IMG/VR virus record: IMGVR_UViG_3300018080_000002
Location: 93,358 to 157,357 of that record
Strand: one strand, 5' to 3'
Length of the DNA: 64,000 bases
From: a virus
Shown here: piece after piece, positions 28,423 through 37,236 of the stretch
Numbering within the stretch: position 1 is the first letter of the stretch
How the letters are laid out: every line of letters begins with the position of its first letter
The notes under the pieces: generated by a model
Seen by the model: the letters and a program-made list of their open reading frames with translations, nothing else
Told to the model about the DNA's origin: nothing
Database searches by the model: none
Translations under genes and position numbers: made by a program

Positions 28423-28791
28423 ATGGATCTACGTAGTCTGAATAAAAAGCTGGAGGAATCTATTTCTCTTTTAAATGAGGGAAAGACTGCTGATGGAACA
28501 GTCACCATTGAAGGATGGTATGACAAGGACGATAACGAGTGGAATCTGGAGATTGAATATACGGTTGCTGACTATGAGTATGGTGCTGATAGAGATAGCA
28601 GGCGGGGTATGAGGCGAGTAGACCTTGAGGATTGGAGCGTTTCTCATGCTGAGTTAGTTTATCCGACCAAAAAAGATCTGGAGCCTGGGGAAAAATTGCC
28701 TAAATTCAATGAAAGAAAGCTCTCTCGCAAAGAATTGAAGGATCTCGGAGATCAGATTGAGGATTTGGCTAGGGAAGATTATCATGGATAA
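28423..28791 (+). CDS. Leader family A protein
   Basis: MDLRSLNKKLEESISLLNE. Confidence 0.65.
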   Translation: MDLRSLNKKLEESISLLNEGKTADGTVTIEGWYDKDDNEWNLEIEYTVADYEYGADRDSRRGMRRVDLEDWSVSHAELVYPTKKDLEPGEKLPKFNERKLSRKELKDLGDQIEDLAREDYHG

Positions 28792-28969
28792 AATATCGGA
28801 ACAAACGACTACTGCTAATGTCCCTGGATTTGTTGTCCCATTGGGGATGAAATCTCCATTTATGACGAAAAAGGACTATGCTGATTTCGTTAAAAATGCT
28901 TCCAAATCTAAAAAATCCAGAAAAATGAGTTACCCTCTCCTGCGTTGGGATTACTTCCTTAGAAAATAA
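28784..28969 (+). CDS. Small hypothetical protein
   Basis: MDKISEQTTTANVPGFVVPLG. Confidence 0.45.
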   Translation: MDKISEQTTTANVPGFVVPLGMKSPFMTKKDYADFVKNASKSKKSRKMSYPLLRWDYFLRK

Positions 28970-28985
28970 AATCCAACTATGTGTA

Positions 28986-29014
28986 TTGACTTAATAAGTT
29001 TTTCTTTTTAAACT
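28986..29014 (+). promoter_or_regulatory. Sigma70-type promoter
   Basis: TTGACT-N17-TAAACT in an AT-rich intergenic gap. Confidence 0.6.
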
Positions 29015-29053
29015 TTGAGCATGTTTTGTGTATTATATACGTAAGGGTGTAAC

Positions 29054-29284
29054 ATGGGTAAACCGATTGTAGGCAAAGTTCGTTTGAATTTGTTTATGCA
29101 GGCAAAGTTGTATATCGAATTGTGTCATATCGCGGAGACTGATGATCGAAGCATGGCTGACGTTATCAGGGAAGCGTGTAGAGATTACGTGGTTCGATAC
29201 AAAAGACGTGGAACGCATAAGTATTTTAATCAAGGAGTAAGCGATGAGCGAAGTGACGAAAGAGGTAGGGACAACGACAGTTGA
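29054..29284 (+). CDS. Ribbon-helix-helix (CopG/Arc-like) DNA-binding protein
   Basis: VRLNLFM...LY.EL..IA....RSMADVIREA...Y. Confidence 0.7.
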   Translation: MGKPIVGKVRLNLFMQAKLYIELCHIAETDDRSMADVIREACRDYVVRYKRRGTHKYFNQGVSDERSDERGRDNDS

Positions 29285-30044
29285 TCAGATTGTTTCAGGG
29301 GTAAAGAGTGATACTAAATCCAGCCATACCTGTATAGAGCTGCCGACAGGTTATATCGATCAGGATGGAAATCTTCAAAAAGCGGTGGATATCAGACCGT
29401 ACACAGGTGAGGAGGAGGATATATTAGCCTCTCAGAAAATGCCTATGTATCGAAGATTGGGCAAGTTGCTGGAGAATTGTGTAACCAGGATTGGTGATAT
29501 TGATGATCCGAAGAGATTGAAAAGCATTATTCGTCAGTTAGTTTTTTCTGACAGATTGTTTTTGATCGTACAAGTAAGGGCTGCAACAAACGGAAATATC
29601 TATTCTTTAGATGTAAAATGCCCTGAAGAGGATTGTGGCTTGAACAGTATGCAGCATATTGATCTAGCTGATATCAAATGGGTTGGATTGCAAGATCCCA
29701 TGAAGCGTCAATACTCGTTTAAGCTGCCTGGTAGTGGTGTTGATGTGACATGGAACGTTATGGATGGAATAAGAGAGGAGAGGATTCATCAGCATTCCTT
29801 GGATCGAGATTTATTATCTGTGGGAATTTTGGCTAGGTTGAACGATCTCGATACTCGCCGAGTTACGATGGCGATGGTTAAAAAGATGACGCCTCCACAG
29901 AGACGAGCATTAAGGAAAGAGTTTGAAAAGGCTGAAGGGACTTTAGATGATCAGGTAACGTTTGAGTGTAAGCATTGCGGTCATGAATGGACGGATTCTG
30001 TTGATTACGCGCAACCAAGTTTTTTCTTCCCTACGGACGAGTAG
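29244..30044 (+). CDS. Tail assembly chaperone / T4 gp26-like, Zn-ribbon containing
   Basis: LP.GY, IRP.TG.EEDIL, DRLFL...R, CPEEDC and CKHC; ends FFFP; upstream of tape measure. Confidence 0.7.
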   Translation: MSEVTKEVGTTTVDQIVSGVKSDTKSSHTCIELPTGYIDQDGNLQKAVDIRPYTGEEEDILASQKMPMYRRLGKLLENCVTRIGDIDDPKRLKSIIRQLVFSDRLFLIVQVRAATNGNIYSLDVKCPEEDCGLNSMQHIDLADIKWVGLQDPMKRQYSFKLPGSGVDVTWNVMDGIREERIHQHSLDRDLLSVGILARLNDLDTRRVTMAMVKKMTPPQRRALRKEFEKAEGTLDDQVTFECKHCGHEWTDSVDYAQPSFFFPTDE

Positions 30045-30193
30045 AATATCTGGAATATCACATTGAATTATTGATGTATAATTTCAATGCGAGCTATTCG
30101 TCCGTTATGCAGATGCCAGTTGATCGTCGCTATCGTATAGTGGAGAGGATCGAGAATGAGTTGCGTAAAAGAAAGAATCAGAAACAGGCTTAG
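30020..30193 (+). other. Programmed -1 frameshift site (T TTT TTC) and chaperone extension ORF
   Basis: Slippery heptamer 30020-30026; -1 frame open to TAG 30191-30193: LPYGRVEYLEYHIELLMYNFNASYSSVMQMPVDRRYRIVERIENE... Confidence 0.75.
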
Positions 30194-30202
30194 GAGTGTA
30201 AC

Positions 30203-30838
30203 ATGGAAGATCGTAAGCCGTGGAGATTGACCTGGGATGAAGAGGGATATACTTATGCTTATTTTGTTAAAGGGAAAGACAGTGATAGGCATGAGGAGTT
30301 ATTTAAGGAAGTTGTTAACCGACATATAGATAACAAGGCAGATTGTCTGCAAGTGGGTATCCCTCATGGTATTGATCGAGAATTTGGTGGAGAGGGTAAG
30401 AAATTTGGCAAAAATTTCATAGCCATTGATTTATATGATCAGAATCCCGAAATAGATTACAATGTGGATTTGTCCGATACTCCTTTCGATAGTGATTGTT
30501 TTGATTTTATAGTTTGTCCGGCAATATTAGAACATGTTAAAGATCCGTTTAAATGCGTAGATGAAATATATAGAATCCTTAAAAATGGCGGTGAAGTATG
30601 GTGTGAGGTTCCATTTTTTCAACCCTTTCATCCATTTAAGGGCTATAATGAAGATGATATGGGATTAGCATTAGATGATCAACAGATCGAATTTACAGGC
30701 GATGAGGATCATGGTGGAGATTACTGGAGGTTTACGCCTCAAGGTGTAAGGCAATTATTTAGGCGATTTGAATTGATCGAGATGTTCCTATGTAGAGAGG
30801 GTGGAATTTGTTTCTATGGCCGTAAACCGGAGGCATGA
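30203..30838 (+). CDS. Class I SAM-dependent methyltransferase (glycan-locus type)
   Basis: PF.SD.FD.IV..AILEHV.DP...EIYRILK.GG, VPF..PFH, DYWRFT..G. Confidence 0.82.
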   Translation: MEDRKPWRLTWDEEGYTYAYFVKGKDSDRHEELFKEVVNRHIDNKADCLQVGIPHGIDREFGGEGKKFGKNFIAIDLYDQNPEIDYNVDLSDTPFDSDCFDFIVCPAILEHVKDPFKCVDEIYRILKNGGEVWCEVPFFQPFHPFKGYNEDDMGLALDDQQIEFTGDEDHGGDYWRFTPQGVRQLFRRFELIEMFLCREGGICFYGRKPEA

Positions 30839-31620
30839 ATTTGAAAACCGATATTACAGGGACTCTTTTTGTTAAAGATAATTTTAGATTAGATTACTGT
30901 TTAGAGGAATCGGTCAGGAGTTTACTTCCTTTTTGCGATGAAATAATTGTTTTGGATTGCGGGAGTCGGGATGGCACTCAGGAATTGATCAGAAATCTTG
31001 CCAATGAGAATACTAAAATTAAAGCTGTTTATGACCATCCTTGGGATGTTGCGTATGGGTATCATAGGCTAAGGATTATTGCAGATGATGCTCGTAGAAT
31101 GGTTAAGACCAATTGGCATTTCATGTTACAGGCTGATGAGGTTGTTCATGAAGATAGTGTTCCATTTATTTTAGATGCTGTTAAATCGGGTTGTGGTGAT
31201 AGGTTTTTCTGTCGTCGTTATAATTTATTTGGAGGCATGGATCACTATATAAGATTTGGAAGTTCGTATCAGCCGTGTAATGATCAAGTAGTACGGTTAG
31301 GTAAACAGGTTTTTGCAGTTGTTGGAGATGCCGAGAATATTGATTCGGATCATGCTGTTGATGATTATTTGGATAAGATAAATATCGTGCATTACGGTTT
31401 TGTTAGAACGGGGTCTATTTTGTTGGATAAGGCTATCGAGATGCAGGAATGGTTTGGATTAGGGGTTGATTCTCGGTTGTTGGCTATGAAGAAAAGAGGA
31501 GAAATTTATGAATCTGAGGTCTTTATATCCAAAGATTATTTAGATGCGATACCATTTAGCCATCCGAAAGTTGCTCAAAAATGGGTTGATAGTAGGCGTA
31601 ATGATTTAACAAGGAAGTGA
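30835..31620 (+). CDS. Glycosyltransferase family 2 (GT-A fold)
   Basis: ESVRSLLP.CDEIIVLD.GS.DGT, W.F.LQADE (DxD-like), HYG. Confidence 0.85.
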   Translation: MNLKTDITGTLFVKDNFRLDYCLEESVRSLLPFCDEIIVLDCGSRDGTQELIRNLANENTKIKAVYDHPWDVAYGYHRLRIIADDARRMVKTNWHFMLQADEVVHEDSVPFILDAVKSGCGDRFFCRRYNLFGGMDHYIRFGSSYQPCNDQVVRLGKQVFAVVGDAENIDSDHAVDDYLDKINIVHYGFVRTGSILLDKAIEMQEWFGLGVDSRLLAMKKRGEIYESEVFISKDYLDAIPFSHPKVAQKWVDSRRNDLTRK

Positions 31621-31623
31621 TAG

Positions 31624-34600
31624 ATGGACAAGAAATATCTTGGCTTAGGTTTTACGTTTGCGGCCATTGATGATGGTTTGAAAAATGCTTTTCGTCAGAC
31701 TGCAAATAGTTTTGGACAGCTTGATGACCAAATGGGATCAGTGAACAAAAAGGGTAAGACCTTTTCTGAGATGTTTGAAGGTCTGAAAATGATCGGATTA
31801 GGTGCTGCTTACTCTAAGCTTAAGGATATCAGTGCAGCGATACAGGGTGTTGATACCAGTGATGTTACGTTCGGCACCTTAGAAACATTTGAGATGCAGT
31901 TTAAGTCTTTGACGGGATCTGTTGAGGCGGCCAAGGATTTAAGGTCTGTAATGATGCGGATAGCCACAGAGACTAATGCGACTGTGGAGGATTTGTCAGG
32001 TGCGTCAATATCTCTATCTCAGTCAGGCATTGATATGAATCGTATCAATAAAAGCATGACTATGATGGGTCAGTTGATGGGTGTCTTTAAGGTTGGAGCT
32101 GAGGATACAGCAGATATTTTTCGACAAGGATTGAGCGAACAGGGTTTAAAACTCAGTGTGAATCAGATGCAACAGCTCATTAAAGAGTCGTTTGCGTTCG
32201 GGAAAGGGATGGATACTGCGGTTGGTACTACGGTGACGAACCTTAATGGTATGAAAGACATCCTAGCGGCTGTTATCAATCAGCAGGAAAACTTTCGATT
32301 GAGGGGTATCGGAGCATTAGATGCAGCTAAATCTATCCAGAGATTATCATATTCATTCCAAGTGTTAGGGTTAAGCCAGGGGGATGCTACGAAAACCTCC
32401 ATAGATCTTTTCTCAAGAACCAAGGATATTGTTGGTAGTTTTAAAGATATGACTGCGGGATTGGATCAGAATGTTGATGAATATGCGGCATTAGCAAGGA
32501 TCATGGGTGATACCAATAAATTAAACAAGGCTTTGCTATCCAATGATCCTACTGTGATTTTCAACACTCTCTCAGCAGCTTTAGGCCGAGCGAGAAAGAT
32601 GGGTGGTCAGTCACAACAGGTTATGGAACGTTGGGTAGAGGCTAATTTTAAGGGTTTGGGTGTTACTCGATTATTAACATCGAATACTCAGCGTTTAAAT
32701 AAGGCTCTTGCTGGTGGTACTAAGCAGTTAAATATGTTTCGTAAGGGGTCTGTGGACGCATATGATGACTATGTCAAGGCGACTTTGGGGACTACTACAG
32801 CCTTACGAGAACAGATCAAAACAACCAGAGAGGCTACCGAGGTAGCGTTACAGTTTGCCATTAACAAGGATGTCAACCAGGGTCTTGAGAGGCAATTTAC
32901 GGCCAATAAAAAGCTAAATGCAGCTATTGTCGAATACAATAAGATCATGTCTGATACGACTATGACAGATCAGCAGAGGACAAAAGCTCTCGATGAGTTT
33001 AATAAAAAACACGATGAGGCTACACGTAGCTTGATGGATTTTGCTATTTTGGCAGAAAAAGTGGAAAAAGCTCCGTTGCCAGAGGCATTAAATGCGATTG
33101 CTAAAGAGATGGGCTTTGTTGGTTTTGATAATGATCAGTTACAGACGATAGCGGACGCCAATACCAGATTTTCTCTGTTATTTGGCTCAATTGATAAGGT
33201 GATTGATAAGGCGTTGGTCCTTGGTGGTATTTGGTTGATTTTCAGGAAACCTATTGTTGGTCTGGGCAAATTATTTTCCAAGGTGTTTACGATTCCTGCA
33301 AAGTTGTTAGGTAAAACAGCGACTATGGTTATGCCTAAGATTTTACCTCAGTTTTTTAAAGATTTGCCGACATGGATAAAATTATATTCTGAAGAGGCCA
33401 TTAAGGTCTTTAAGGGAAACTGGTTTAATGCGGTGAAATGGACCGGGAAGAAAATGTTGGTTTTTTCCAAACGAGCGGTGCAGATCATGGCTAGACCTTT
33501 TACTTTCTTTTGGAAAGAATTGCCACAGCTCTTATATAAAAACATGCCATCCATTACCAAAGCTATGATGAAAGCCTTTCAGGTATCGATTTCTTTTATC
33601 AAGGATATTCCCACTTGGACTAAATTGTATTGGGAAGAGGGAATCAAGATTATCAAGCGTAAGGCTATTGATCTTGGCAAATGGTTTGTAACGACTGGCT
33701 GGAGGTTTATCAAGGATATTCCGACATGGATCAACCTTTATTTTGACGAGGGTATTCGGGTTCTTAAGAGTAAATGGTCTAGCGGGGTGAAGTGGTTGAT
33801 CAATACGACTAAGAGTTTCCCTGGAGTTATGCTGAAGTCTTTTCAGTGGTTATGGACGACTTTGCCACAAAAAGTCATGGGAATATTGCCGCAAATAGGC
33901 GGGAAAATAACCGCTTTTATGGCGAAATTCGGAGCCAAAGGTGGTTTCTTAGCGAAAGTGTTTAGCACCGCTACTTTGAAAGGAGCTTTGGGATTTCTTG
34001 CTAAGTTTACTGGTCCGATATTTGCGATTGCTGATGCCATTTATATTTTATGGAGAGACTGGGGTAAGTTTACATCCTCTCTTGAAGGATTGACTCTTGG
34101 TGAGAAAATAGCGGCAAGCTTTAGGTTTGGTGTCGGTGTTTTGGCTGAGGTGTTGGATGATGTCTTATTTGGCATACCTTCGATGATCACCAAATATTTC
34201 TCTGGTATGACTCTGCGAGAGGGCATCGAAAACGTCTTTGATTGGATGAAATATGGATTTAAAGCGGTGGTCGATGTCTGGACTGAGTGGATAACATTGC
34301 CTTTCCAGAAAGCTAAGGAGGGGTTTGCTGAACTCATGGTCGACATGATGGAGTCTATGAATAAGGCTGCTGATATGTTGCCAGGTTTTATCGGAGATAA
34401 GCTTAAAATCGATGATCAGACGATTCAATACTGGAAGGATGTGGCAGATGGTGCAGCCAAGGTCCGAGAAAGTGTTGAGGGTATGTCTTTAGAAAAAGCC
34501 ATAGGTGAGATTGGTAAGATCGGAGATGCGGCAAAGCAGATGGCTGCTTTAGACAAATTTATGGCCGAATATGCTGGTCGAGAGGATGTGACTACTGGAG

Positions 34601-35379
34601 GACTGAAGCAACTAGCTAAAATGAGATCTGATATTGGTAAGAAACTGAAAAAAGAGACCAATGTTATTCCATTTGACCCTGTTCAAAGGCCAGTTTTTAA
34701 GGAAAAGAAAAAAGTTACGCCTGTTCCCAAGCCAATTCGTAAAGAACAGAAAAAAGTTGAACCTATTCCCAAACCTGTCCGTAAAGAGCAGAAAAAAGTT
34801 GTTTTAGATCCGTTGGTGGTTGAGTTTAAGGCTTTAGGCAGAAAAATAGAAATGCTGGAAAAACGCTATGCGTTAGAGAGAGCTAAGGCCAAGAAAAAAG
34901 GCTTTACTAAAAAAGAAATGGTGGGGATTGAAAGACGTTGGGCTGAGGAAGATGCTGCATTAGAAAAGATGAAGGAAAAGGAAGGATCTCTGATGCAGGA
35001 TTATTTGGATAAAGCGGCTCGGCAAGATCCGTTTCCTGTAGATGAGGGTGGTTATTCTGGTGCGTCTGCTGCTCCTGGTGAGGGTGGTGTATTTGCGATG
35101 AATCAACTTCCTGGTGCGTCTGCTCCTTCGATTCAAGATAGGATACATCAGAGAGAGGTTGAGCGTAAGCGTAATGCTATGCTTGAGGATAGAGCCGATA
35201 AGCAGGATGTCGGTGGTCAATTAGTTGCTGCATTGCAAACGGTTAAGACTGCTGATGGCAGGGATTTGAATGTTAATGTGGTCATTCAGGGTGATATGGG
35301 TAAATTCTTGAGAGTCCATAAAAAGGCGGTAAATGATCAGGCAGCTCATTCTGGTCATTATGGGATGAGAGGATCTTGA
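31624..35379 (+). CDS. Tape measure protein
   Basis: 1251 aa helical; LGLGFTF.A.D N-term; W-spaced repeats PTW(I/T)(K/N)LY; precedes baseplate genes. Confidence 0.85.
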   Translation: MDKKYLGLGFTFAAIDDGLKNAFRQTANSFGQLDDQMGSVNKKGKTFSEMFEGLKMIGLGAAYSKLKDISAAIQGVDTSDVTFGTLETFEMQFKSLTGSVEAAKDLRSVMMRIATETNATVEDLSGASISLSQSGIDMNRINKSMTMMGQLMGVFKVGAEDTADIFRQGLSEQGLKLSVNQMQQLIKESFAFGKGMDTAVGTTVTNLNGMKDILAAVINQQENFRLRGIGALDAAKSIQRLSYSFQVLGLSQGDATKTSIDLFSRTKDIVGSFKDMTAGLDQNVDEYAALARIMGDTNKLNKALLSNDPTVIFNTLSAALGRARKMGGQSQQVMERWVEANFKGLGVTRLLTSNTQRLNKALAGGTKQLNMFRKGSVDAYDDYVKATLGTTTALREQIKTTREATEVALQFAINKDVNQGLERQFTANKKLNAAIVEYNKIMSDTTMTDQQRTKALDEFNKKHDEATRSLMDFAILAEKVEKAPLPEALNAIAKEMGFVGFDNDQLQTIADANTRFSLLFGSIDKVIDKALVLGGIWLIFRKPIVGLGKLFSKVFTIPAKLLGKTATMVMPKILPQFFKDLPTWIKLYSEEAIKVFKGNWFNAVKWTGKKMLVFSKRAVQIMARPFTFFWKELPQLLYKNMPSITKAMMKAFQVSISFIKDIPTWTKLYWEEGIKIIKRKAIDLGKWFVTTGWRFIKDIPTWINLYFDEGIRVLKSKWSSGVKWLINTTKSFPGVMLKSFQWLWTTLPQKVMGILPQIGGKITAFMAKFGAKGGFLAKVFSTATLKGALGFLAKFTGPIFAIADAIYILWRDWGKFTSSLEGLTLGEKIAASFRFGVGVLAEVLDDVLFGIPSMITKYFSGMTLREGIENVFDWMKYGFKAVVDVWTEWITLPFQKAKEGFAELMVDMMESMNKAADMLPGFIGDKLKIDDQTIQYWKDVADGAAKVRESVEGMSLEKAIGEIGKIGDAAKQMAALDKFMAEYAGREDVTTGGLKQLAKMRSDIGKKLKKETNVIPFDPVQRPVFKEKKKVTPVPKPIRKEQKKVEPIPKPVRKEQKKVVLDPLVVEFKALGRKIEMLEKRYALERAKAKKKGFTKKEMVGIERRWAEEDAALEKMKEKEGSLMQDYLDKAARQDPFPVDEGGYSGASAAPGEGGVFAMNQLPGASAPSIQDRIHQREVERKRNAMLEDRADKQDVGGQLVAALQTVKTADGRDLNVNVVIQGDMGKFLRVHKKAVNDQAAHSGHYGMRGS

Positions 35380-35380
35380 T

Positions 35381-35701
35381 ATGGCAGAAAAAATTACGAA
35401 CAATTCTCAATTGCATTTTGCTACGTTGTTTAATGTTGATTCGGTAAATTTTTGGGATTTACCTGGTTATCCAACCATAATTCCTCAAGACGACGATTTA
35501 ACTCATACGGTTAGCTCAGATGAAGTCGCTAGGGTAGATTTAATTGCTTACGATTATTACGGCGATTCTGAGTTATGGTGGGTTATTATGTTAGCAAACA
35601 GCAAACAGGATATGAGTGCCTTTAGTATGGGTGAACAGATTACTATTCCTGCTCCGAGGTATGTCACGGAATTGATCGGGGATAGAAAAAGAGGGGATTG
35701 A
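35381..35701 (+). CDS. LysM-like baseplate protein (T4 gp53 / P2 gpX-like)
   Basis: RVDLIAYDYYGDSELWWVIMLAN...G..I.IP. Confidence 0.85.
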   Translation: MAEKITNNSQLHFATLFNVDSVNFWDLPGYPTIIPQDDDLTHTVSSDEVARVDLIAYDYYGDSELWWVIMLANSKQDMSAFSMGEQITIPAPRYVTELIGDRKRGD

Positions 35702-35702
35702 T

Positions 35703-37232
35703 ATGCCGTTTGATATGAGGGGTGCTGTCATTGAAGCTTTTATCGATCGGGGAGAGGATTCGTTCGATATCAGTGCTATTCAAGGTCTAGCAAACTCTTT
35801 AACATCTATGAAGCTAACTTTTAAGGCTGGTGGAGCATCATCCTGTGAATTAACATTAAGTCCTCCATTTGATGTTGCTAAATCGATTATTGAGTCAGGT
35901 CTATTGGGTATCGGATTTCCTGCTGTTGGAGGTGGTTCCTCAATATTAAACTTTTCTAGTGTTGGGGATGTCCTAGCTGGTGTCGCCAGTTATGCGGGGG
36001 TATCCGTTGTAAAAGATGTTGTGGGTAGCTTTTTTTCTGGTCCGATTCAAAAAGTTGAAAAGGGGAAAGGAGATCCATCAGCAAAACCAGTTCGATCGAA
36101 TACCGCAGTATCTCTTCGGGTGAAGTGGAAATATACCGATGGAAGCAAATATTCTGAAAGTCCTATGTTTTTCGGCATATTGCATCCTCCATCTGTTTCT
36201 TTTGGTGAAGAGATATCTATTACTTTGAATGCAACCGATGGTATCGGTGGAGTTCTGGCTAGAATGGACATTCCTGAGACGAGGGACGGGCTTAAAGTTT
36301 CGGAAGTTGTTCAGAAAATTGCTGATAAGATGAGTGCAACTATTATTTGGCATAAAAATTCTGAGTCCAGGGCATCCAATAAAACAGTCAAAGAGCAGCA
36401 GGACGTGAATTTGTTGGTTTATCTGAACGAGGTTTTAGAGAAAATCGGCTGTACGTTTATGATGGGTGACATTACTAAGGACGGAAAAATATCCATTAAT
36501 ATAATCTCTCATGAGGATTTGAACGAAACTAATCCTGTTTGTACTCTGGCTATGTATCGACAGATCTATCCTGATCCTGGTAGCGGTGCTCCGGTTTATC
36601 CGGTTAATTCGGTGGAATCTAATATCAGCCATGCTTTTAGTATGGGGATGATGAAAGGTTCGACTCATGTTGCTGTTGATTCAAATAAAAAAAAGGCGAA
36701 ATTATATCGTAATGATGCCAGTGATTATAAAAGAAAGTCAGTAGGCAAAACTGCTGAGGGTAAGATGCCTGAAGCTCATTCTACGATAGGGGTGAAGACC
36801 AGTTTGCCAGCTAAAGATTTCGAGAGTGGTTTCCATAATAAATCGGTTGAAATGAATAAAGAACATCCAGAGGAAGGATTTCAAGACAATCAAGAATACT
36901 TTAATGATTCGATTGAAAAAGGTTGGGAAATGAATCTTTCTGGTCCTGGTATTCCCTGGGTTCAGCCTCTTCAATTGGTTCGTGTCGATATCGGAGGAAT
37001 TAGACATTTGACGGGTTTGTATAAGGTAAAAGAGATTACTCATACTGTAGATCAGAATGGTGCTCAGACTGATTTTGCTTTATACAAAAATGTGGGTCTT
37101 AGTGATATCGAAGATATTGGTGGTATTTCTATGAATACTAGAGAGCCAGAGTATCCTGGAGATGCCTCTCAGGATTCTTTTGGTAATAGTGTTGGCGGGA
37201 TTATAGATTCAGCCGCAACATTGTTAGGATAA
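35703..37232 (+). CDS. Baseplate hub protein (gp27/gpD-like)
   Basis: C-term PGIPWVQP...V.I.GI..LTGLY.V.EITH....G..T.F; position between LysM and spike. Confidence 0.75.
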   Translation: MPFDMRGAVIEAFIDRGEDSFDISAIQGLANSLTSMKLTFKAGGASSCELTLSPPFDVAKSIIESGLLGIGFPAVGGGSSILNFSSVGDVLAGVASYAGVSVVKDVVGSFFSGPIQKVEKGKGDPSAKPVRSNTAVSLRVKWKYTDGSKYSESPMFFGILHPPSVSFGEEISITLNATDGIGGVLARMDIPETRDGLKVSEVVQKIADKMSATIIWHKNSESRASNKTVKEQQDVNLLVYLNEVLEKIGCTFMMGDITKDGKISINIISHEDLNETNPVCTLAMYRQIYPDPGSGAPVYPVNSVESNISHAFSMGMMKGSTHVAVDSNKKKAKLYRNDASDYKRKSVGKTAEGKMPEAHSTIGVKTSLPAKDFESGFHNKSVEMNKEHPEEGFQDNQEYFNDSIEKGWEMNLSGPGIPWVQPLQLVRVDIGGIRHLTGLYKVKEITHTVDQNGAQTDFALYKNVGLSDIEDIGGISMNTREPEYPGDASQDSFGNSVGGIIDSAATLLG

Positions 37233-37236
37233 TATC

